Of a DNA stretch of 29,245 nucleotides, positions 23,691-29,245 are shown piece after piece; the first letter of the stretch is position 1; each line of letters begins with the position of its first letter. The notes under the pieces are model-generated. The model did not search any database. It was not told the DNA's origin and worked only from the letters and a program-made list of their open reading frames with translations. A program made the position numbers and the translations under genes. Source of the stretch: a bacterium (GTDB lineage: Bacteria; Krumholzibacteriota; Krumholzibacteriia; LZORAL124-64-63); NCBI GenBank assembly GCA_031441465.1, contig JANOEP010000040.1, forward strand, positions 1 through 29,245, in the 5' to 3' direction.

Positions 23691-25400
23691 ATGTCGAGCC
23701 GACGTTTCATCCTGCTGGCCCTGCTGCTCGGGCTGACGCTCTTCGTCGCATCGTGCGGCGACGACAACCCCGCCGATCCCGCCGACACCACCGCGCCGCT
23801 GATTGTCAGCGTGGAACCCTCGCAGGATCAGAACGACGTGGATGTGGACCACAACCTCGTCATCACGTTCAACGAAGACATGGCTCCCGCTTCGGCCGAC
23901 GGCCACGTGACCCTGTCCAACAGCACGATCAACGACTACATCTGGACCGATGCCCGCACGCTCGCCGTGGAACACACGGACTGGCCCGAAGGCCTGCACG
24001 TCACCGCGACCGTGGGCACCGGCTTGACCGACGCCGCCGGCAACCCCCTGGCCCAGGCCTTCGCCTGGAGCTTCTGGACCTGGACCGACGAAGTGCTGCT
24101 GCTGAACTCCGCGCCGGCCGCCGGCGCCGTCAACGTGCCGATCAACACCACGATCTGGCTGCAGTTCTCCCAGTCGATGAACGGCTCCACGCTCCCCGGC
24201 GCGATCACGGTGACGTCGCCCGACAAGACCGTTCATGCGTACACCCTGGACTCGCTCGACTCGACGGACGAGTGGGTCCTGACGCTGACGGACAACCTGC
24301 CGGCCTCCGCCCTGATCACGGTCGCGGTGAGCACCGCCGCCCAGAGCTGGGACGGCACGCCGCTGGCCGAGGCCGCGAGCTTCCAATTCACCACGGGCAC
24401 CGGCGCCGACCTCACGCCGCCGCAGCTGGTGTCGATCGAGCCCGCCGACGGAGCGCTCATCGATACCGACACCAGCTACTTCCGCCTGACCTTCAGCGAG
24501 CCCATCGACGACAGCTCGCTGGATCCCGCCATGATCAGCGGGCAGCTGATGTCGGCGCTCATTACGTCAGACGATCCCGGCGTGTGGTCCGCAAACCACA
24601 CCGTCTTCACCGTCGGCCTGCGCACACCGCTGATCCCAGGCTCGCTGTTCCGGGTGGAATTCAACTCCTTCGCCGACATCAACAGCAACGTCAACGACGA
24701 CGGCTTCACTTGGCATGCGACCGTCGCCGGCACGGCGCAGCACTTCCCGGTCATGGACGGCTGGATTCAGTACTTCGCCGGCTACTACGAGGAGACGAAT
24801 CCCGCCAAGACCAGCGGCGAGTACAGCGAGTTCGTCGTCACCGAGGTCAAGACGCTCGGCGAGTTCTGGCAGTGGAAGGGGAGCGACTACTCGACCGGCC
24901 CGTCGAAGGACCTCCCGACGCTCGTCAACTACGATCGCCTGAAGCTCACCTCGACGGCGATCCAGATGCTCGGGTTCCACGAGGAGCAGGACATGGAGAC
25001 GATGGACGGCTCCTTCTCCCCGCCGATCGATTGGCTGCGTTTGCCCGTGCAGACCGGTTCCTGGGACGGGACGGTGACCTTCACCGAGGGTACGGACGAA
25101 TCCCAGGTCGACTACGAGGTGACGGTCCTTGCCGGCACGTTCGACGTTCCGTTCGGCAGAATCACCGGCAAGCAGGAAGGCGGACCGCCGGTCCTGTGGC
25201 TCGACTGCCGCAAGGTGGCGCTGCACTACGAGCTGAGCGACAGCAGCGTCGTCTTCAGCGCCGGCACCGACACGCTCTGGTACGCCCCGGGCGCCGGCCT
25301 CGTGCGCCAGGTCAGCCACGAAGTGCAGCCGGATCGGACACGGCACTCGGACATCTCCCTGATGTGGTCGGGGTACGAGGCGGACTTGCCGCCCCGCTGA
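23691..25400 (+). CDS. Acidic surface lipoprotein with three Big_5/SbsA-like Ig domains and a C-terminal beta domain
   Basis: AAGGAGG RBS; lipobox FVAS-C; repeats DTTAP..VSVEP...ITFNEDM, P..GAVNVPIN..I.LQFSQSM and DLTPP..VSIEP...LTFSEPID; C-terminal DCRKV...WYAPGAGLVR. Confidence 0.85.
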   Translation: MSSRRFILLALLLGLTLFVASCGDDNPADPADTTAPLIVSVEPSQDQNDVDVDHNLVITFNEDMAPASADGHVTLSNSTINDYIWTDARTLAVEHTDWPEGLHVTATVGTGLTDAAGNPLAQAFAWSFWTWTDEVLLLNSAPAAGAVNVPINTTIWLQFSQSMNGSTLPGAITVTSPDKTVHAYTLDSLDSTDEWVLTLTDNLPASALITVAVSTAAQSWDGTPLAEAASFQFTTGTGADLTPPQLVSIEPADGALIDTDTSYFRLTFSEPIDDSSLDPAMISGQLMSALITSDDPGVWSANHTVFTVGLRTPLIPGSLFRVEFNSFADINSNVNDDGFTWHATVAGTAQHFPVMDGWIQYFAGYYEETNPAKTSGEYSEFVVTEVKTLGEFWQWKGSDYSTGPSKDLPTLVNYDRLKLTSTAIQMLGFHEEQDMETMDGSFSPPIDWLRLPVQTGSWDGTVTFTEGTDESQVDYEVTVLAGTFDVPFGRITGKQEGGPPVLWLDCRKVALHYELSDSSVVFSAGTDTLWYAPGAGLVRQVSHEVQPDRTRHSDISLMWSGYEADLPPR

Positions 25401-25424
25401 TCACGACCACTCCCCGTGAAGAGC

Positions 25425-25459
25425 AGGGCGCCCCCGCGGGGGGGGCGCCCTTCGTCTTT
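25425..25459 (+). terminator. Intrinsic terminator hairpin between convergent genes
   Basis: 11-bp stem AGGGCGCCCCC / GGGGGCGCCCT with a 5-nt loop, followed by TCGTCTTT, 25 nt after the lipoprotein stop. Confidence 0.8.
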
Positions 25460-25479
25460 GGAGAACGGGTACCCGCCGG

Positions 25480-25968
25480 TCAGCCCGCGCGCTCGGCCGC
25501 CGCTTCGGGGACCTCGGCCGGAACGAGTGCCTTCAGGTGTTCCTGCAGCAGGTGCCGATGGTGGCGGCGGTGTTTCAGCGGGATGGTGAAGTTGGTCTGC
25601 TCCTGCTCGTCCAGGTCGTCCCAGTGCAGGCGCAGGAAAGCGAGCAGATCGTGCGTGGCGGACAGATAGGCCTCACGGACCTGCTCGAACGGCAAGCCGT
25701 AGAGACGCTGCAACTCATGCCGGTTGCGCGACTCGAATTCGGAGAATGAGAGGGGCGGGACGGCTCGATCCTCGATGCGGGCCTCGTAGAAGCGGACCGC
25801 GTAGATGTCCCAGAAAGCCAGGTGACCCAGGGTCTGGACCAGGCTCAAACCCTCGCTGCGGAGCTTGTCGCCGCGCCGGGCAGGAGGGTACTGCCGGGCG
25901 ACTTCTTGCAGCCGTCGGTCCTCGTCGGCGTACGCGGCGATCAGGGTCTCAGGAGAATACAACAGCAA
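25480..25968 (-). CDS. DinB/YfiT-superfamily-like four-helix bundle protein
   Basis: SLVQTLGHLAFWD (first His) and C-terminal HRRHH (H-x3-H) fit the DinB His-triad pattern. Start uncertain (TTG 25968 or 25962). Confidence 0.6.
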   Translation of the reverse strand: MLLYSPETLIAAYADEDRRLQEVARQYPPARRGDKLRSEGLSLVQTLGHLAFWDIYAVRFYEARIEDRAVPPLSFSEFESRNRHELQRLYGLPFEQVREAYLSATHDLLAFLRLHWDDLDEQEQTNFTIPLKHRRHHRHLLQEHLKALVPAEVPEAAAERAG

Positions 25969-26027
25969 CCTCGATCCTGGGCGTGTCCTGAAGATACGCT
26001 CATCTCGGCGGATCGGGCAAACGTTTG

Positions 26028-26468
26028 TTACGCGGACGGCAGGGCGCGGCGGCGCACGTAAAGCAGGGATCCCGCACCCAGGCACAGCCCCATGCCCAGG
26101 TAAGGGGCCGCCAGCAGCAGGCGCGGCAGGTGCGAATGGCGCAGCAGGACCCCGCCGACGGACATCACCAGGACCATGGCCCAGCTGCGCCAGGGGAAGG
26201 TCGAGAACACGCACGCCGGGTCGGGCCGGCCGGCCAGACGCCGCAGGTTCTTGGCCACCAAGGGGTTGAAGGCCCGCGGGATCAGCAGGGCGGCCATCAG
26301 GAACCCGACGGCGGCGGCGGCCAGGCCCGGGAGCGGGCGCGCCCCCAGCAACCAGATCGTCGCACGGGTCAGCAGCATCAGCGCAACCAGGCCCCACACC
26401 GTCGCGGCGAACAGGGGCAGGGCGCGGCGGGGGACCGCCGGGTTGAGGCGGTTCAGCAGGTCCGACAT
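26028..26468 (-). CDS. Hypothetical small membrane protein (about 4 TM)
   Basis: C-terminal 146 aa of ORF 26028..27662: MSDLL...VWGLVALMLL...CVFSTFPWRSW...GVLLR...YLGMGLCL. Starts 2 nt after the tyrS stop. Confidence 0.75.
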   Translation of the reverse strand: MSDLLNRLNPAVPRRALPLFAATVWGLVALMLLTRATIWLLGARPLPGLAAAAVGFLMAALLIPRAFNPLVAKNLRRLAGRPDPACVFSTFPWRSWAMVLVMSVGGVLLRHSHLPRLLLAAPYLGMGLCLGAGSLLYVRRRALPSA

Positions 26469-26470
26469 CT

Positions 26471-27730
26471 TCACTCCCCGACCAGGATGTGGTGGTGGCG
26501 CTTCTTGCCGGCCTGCAGCGCGATGCGGCCGTCGCGCACGTCGGCGACGGTTAGCTGATGCAACTCGTCGGCGACCGCCTCGCCGTTGACCCGGATGCCG
26601 CCTTGCCGGATCAACCGCCGGGCTTCGCCCTTGCTGGCGGCGAGGCCGGCGTCGGTGAGCGCGTCGATCAGCGGGAGGCCGTCGCCTGCGAGGTCCGATG
26701 CGGGGCGTCTGCTCGATGGGATCCCGCCGCCGTCCCCGCCGCTGCCGAAGAGGGCCGCGGCCGCCTGCTCGGCCGCGAGCGCCGCCGGCTCGCCGTGCAG
26801 CGTGCGGGTCACCTCGAAGGCCAGCACGCGCTTGGCCTCGCGCAGGTCGGCCCCCTGCAAAGCGCCGAGACGGCGCACTTCGTCCATCGGCAGCAGGGTG
26901 TACAGGCCCAGGAAGCGCGCGACGTCGCGGTCGTCGACGTTGATCCAGTACTGGTGGAAGTCGTAGGTGCTGGTGCGGCGCGCGTCGAGCCACACGGCCC
27001 CGGCGGCGGTCTTGCCCATCTTGGCGCCCGTCGCGGTGGTGATCAGCGGCGAGGTCAGCCCGAAGACCTCCTGGCGGTTCATGCGTCGGGTCAGGTCCAC
27101 GCCCGAGACGACGTTGCCCCACTGGTCGTCGCCGCCCATCTGCAGGCGGCAGCCGTGGTCGCGGTTCAGGACCATGAAGTCGTAGGCCTGCAGGATCATG
27201 TAGTTGAACTCGATGAAGCTCAGGCCGGTCTCGAGGCGCTGCTTCACCGACTCGCGCGAGAGCATGACGTTGACGCTGAAGTGGCGGCCGACCTCGCGCA
27301 GGAAGTCCAGGTAGCTCCAGCCCACCAGCCAGTCGGCGTTGTTCAGCAGCAGCCCGTCGCCCGGACCGTCGCCGAAGCGCACGAAGTGCGCGATCTGGGC
27401 CTTGATGCCCGCCAGGTTCGACTCGATGTCCGCGAGGGTCAGCAGCTTGCGCAGCTCGGTCTTGCCCGAGGGGTCCCCGACCAGGGCCGTGCCGCCGCCG
27501 GCGATGGCGATGGGCCGGTGCCCGTGGCGCTGCAGGTGGACCAGCAGCATGATCTGCAGCAGCGACCCGATGTGCAGCGAGTCGGCCGTGGGATCGAAGC
27601 CGATGTACCCGGTGACCTTCTCGCCGGCCAACAGTTCCGCGAGCGCGGCTTCGTCGGTGCATTGCTTGAAGTAGCCGCGCTCCTTGAGCACGGGCAGGAA
27701 GTCGCCGCGGGGCAGGTTCGTCGGGGTCAT
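26471..27730 (-). CDS. tyrS: Tyrosine--tRNA ligase
   Basis: YIGFDPTADSLHIG, GGGTALVGDPSGK, EFNYMILQAYDF, QMGGDDQWGN, KMGKT and a C-terminal S4-like domain. ATGA overlap with the aroC stop. Confidence 0.98.
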   Translation of the reverse strand: MTPTNLPRGDFLPVLKERGYFKQCTDEAALAELLAGEKVTGYIGFDPTADSLHIGSLLQIMLLVHLQRHGHRPIAIAGGGTALVGDPSGKTELRKLLTLADIESNLAGIKAQIAHFVRFGDGPGDGLLLNNADWLVGWSYLDFLREVGRHFSVNVMLSRESVKQRLETGLSFIEFNYMILQAYDFMVLNRDHGCRLQMGGDDQWGNVVSGVDLTRRMNRQEVFGLTSPLITTATGAKMGKTAAGAVWLDARRTSTYDFHQYWINVDDRDVARFLGLYTLLPMDEVRRLGALQGADLREAKRVLAFEVTRTLHGEPAALAAEQAAAALFGSGGDGGGIPSSRRPASDLAGDGLPLIDALTDAGLAASKGEARRLIRQGGIRVNGEAVADELHQLTVADVRDGRIALQAGKKRHHHILVGE

Positions 27731-28860
27731 GTCCGTTCCTGTCGGTTGCGCAGTTCGCGGAGCCTGAGCTTCAGTTCGGGCAGGGGGACGTCGCCCAGTA
27801 CCGCCGAGAGTTCGCAGGCCAGTTCCCAGGCCACGACCGCCTCGGCCACCACGCCGGCGGCCGCCACCACGCACGTGTCGGAGCGCACCCAGGAGGCGCG
27901 CCGGGCCCGTCCCGTGCGCAGGTCGACGCTCTGCAGGCCCGCGCGCTGGGTGGAGATCGGCTTGACGTACGCGCGCACCCGCACGGGCTCGCCGTTGGTG
28001 ACGCCGCCTTCGAGACCGCCGGCGCGGTTGGTCTCGCGCCGCGCGCCGCCGCGGCCGTCGGGGAACAGTTCGTCGTGGGCCGAGCGGCCGTCGCGGGCGG
28101 CGACCGCCATGCCGTCACCGATCTCGGCGGCCTTCACGCTCGGGATCCCGGCCACCGCGCCGGCCAGGCGCGCGTCCAGGCGCCGGTCGGGCTGGACATA
28201 AGTGCCCAGGCCGGCCGGTACGCCGAAGGCCACGACCTCGGCGACGCCGCCGAGCGTGGTGCCGGCGGCCATGGCCGCGTCGATGGCCGCGACCATCAGC
28301 GACTCGGCGCGGCGGTCGAGGCAGCGCAGCGGGGTGCCGGCGCGCACGCGGCGCAGGCGGGCCAGGGTCGGTCCCACGTCCGCGGCCGCCACGTCGCCGA
28401 TGCGCGCGGTGTGGCTCCAGACCTCGATCCCGAGTTGCTTCAGCAGGATCTTGGCGCAGGCGCCGACCGCCACCACGCCCGCCGTCGAGCGGGCGCTGGC
28501 CCGTTCGGCCACCGGCGCGAAGCCGTCGTAACCGTAGCGCAGCCGGCCCGGCAGGTCGGCGTGCCCCGGCCGCGGGGCCGGCCAGTCGGGGTGCGGCTGC
28601 CCGTCGCGCCGCGCGAAGTCCCGGTTCTCGATCAGCACCGCCAGGGGCGAACCCAGCGTGCGGCCCTTCCACAACCCGGCCAGGATGCGGCAGGCGTCGG
28701 TCTCGATCGACTGCGCGCGGATCCCGCGGCCGTAGCCCTCGAGGCGGCGGCCCAGCTCCGCGTCGAGGTCCCCCTCGCCCAGGGGCACGCCGGCGGGGAA
28801 GCCCTCGATCACCGAGACCAGGGCCGGACCGTGGCTCTCGCCTGCGTGCAGGCAGCGCAT
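27727..28860 (-). CDS. aroC: Chorismate synthase
   Basis: AGESHG, PRPGHAD, ERASARST, GIPSVKAAEIGDG, TNRAGGLEGG, KPIST, RSD. Confidence 0.97.
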   Translation of the reverse strand: MRCLHAGESHGPALVSVIEGFPAGVPLGEGDLDAELGRRLEGYGRGIRAQSIETDACRILAGLWKGRTLGSPLAVLIENRDFARRDGQPHPDWPAPRPGHADLPGRLRYGYDGFAPVAERASARSTAGVVAVGACAKILLKQLGIEVWSHTARIGDVAAADVGPTLARLRRVRAGTPLRCLDRRAESLMVAAIDAAMAAGTTLGGVAEVVAFGVPAGLGTYVQPDRRLDARLAGAVAGIPSVKAAEIGDGMAVAARDGRSAHDELFPDGRGGARRETNRAGGLEGGVTNGEPVRVRAYVKPISTQRAGLQSVDLRTGRARRASWVRSDTCVVAAAGVVAEAVVAWELACELSAVLGDVPLPELKLRLRELRNRQERT

Positions 28861-28931
28861 GCTGTGCTCCCGGGGTCAGCCGATTCGTCGTGACGGGCGA
28901 GGCTGCAACGTACTTGAACGCGCCCCGGCGG

Positions 28932-29245
28932 TCAACCAGGCGGCCCGTCGCTCCGGAGCGACGCGCACACCGCGAAGAAGTCCGGGAAGGACACCGCCAC
29001 GCAGGCGTCGTCGTCCAGGACGACGCCGGCGCGCGAGTCGAGGCCGGCCACGGCGAAGGCCATGGCGATGCGATGGTCGCCATGCGTGGCGACCGGCACC
29101 GAGACCCGCGCCGGGAACCCGTCCGGCGCGCCGACGATGTCCAGGCCGTCGGGATGCTCGACGACCTCGACGCCCAGTTCGCGCAGACCCGCCGCCACGG
29201 CGGCGAGGCGGTCGGATTCCTTGACGCGCAACTCGGCGGCGTCGC
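28932..29245 (-). CDS. aroA: 3-phosphoshikimate 1-carboxyvinyltransferase (EPSP synthase), C-terminal part; runs off the window
   Basis: AELRVKESDRL, THGDHRIAMAFAV, CVAVSFPDFF; adjacent to aroC. Confidence 0.95.
   Translation of the reverse strand, partial: DAAELRVKESDRLAAVAAGLRELGVEVVEHPDGLDIVGAPDGFPARVSVPVATHGDHRIAMAFAVAGLDSRAGVVLDDDACVAVSFPDFFAVCASLRSDGPPG

Overview
High-GC bacterial window with three parts. (1) 112-1239: a PilS-like membrane sensor kinase that breaks off just after its HisKA H-box. It runs head-on into the first 24 codons of tuf on the opposite strand. Two genes truncated at the same base most likely mark an assembly or contig join, so bases 1-1239 may come from another locus or organism. 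(2) Housekeeping genes, all on the minus strand, at both ends: aroA (partial)-aroC-tyrS-membrane protein-DinB-like on the right, and ispF-ddl-cysS plus the tRNA-Thr-Tyr-Gly-Thr-tuf operon on the left. (3) Between them, a ~18.5 kb surface-glycan locus (4991-23500). It has five glycosyltransferases, an O-antigen ligase/Wzy_C-like protein, a VanZ-like fusion and many candidate decorating enzymes: two left-handed beta-helix acyltransferases, two CapK/PaaK-like adenylating enzymes, a sugar-transfer-type ATP-grasp, a methyltransferase-kinase fusion and two paralogous exported 'HHS...DSHPN' SGNH-like proteins. Exported Ig-domain proteins lie within and beside it. The C-terminal FlgD-Ig-type domain suggests an FCB-group lineage such as Krumholzibacteriota/Latescibacterota (inference only). 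I saw no CRISPR array, rRNA, integrase or transposase. Family calls come from motif recognition, not database searches, and several start codons were re-chosen from RBS or overlap evidence.
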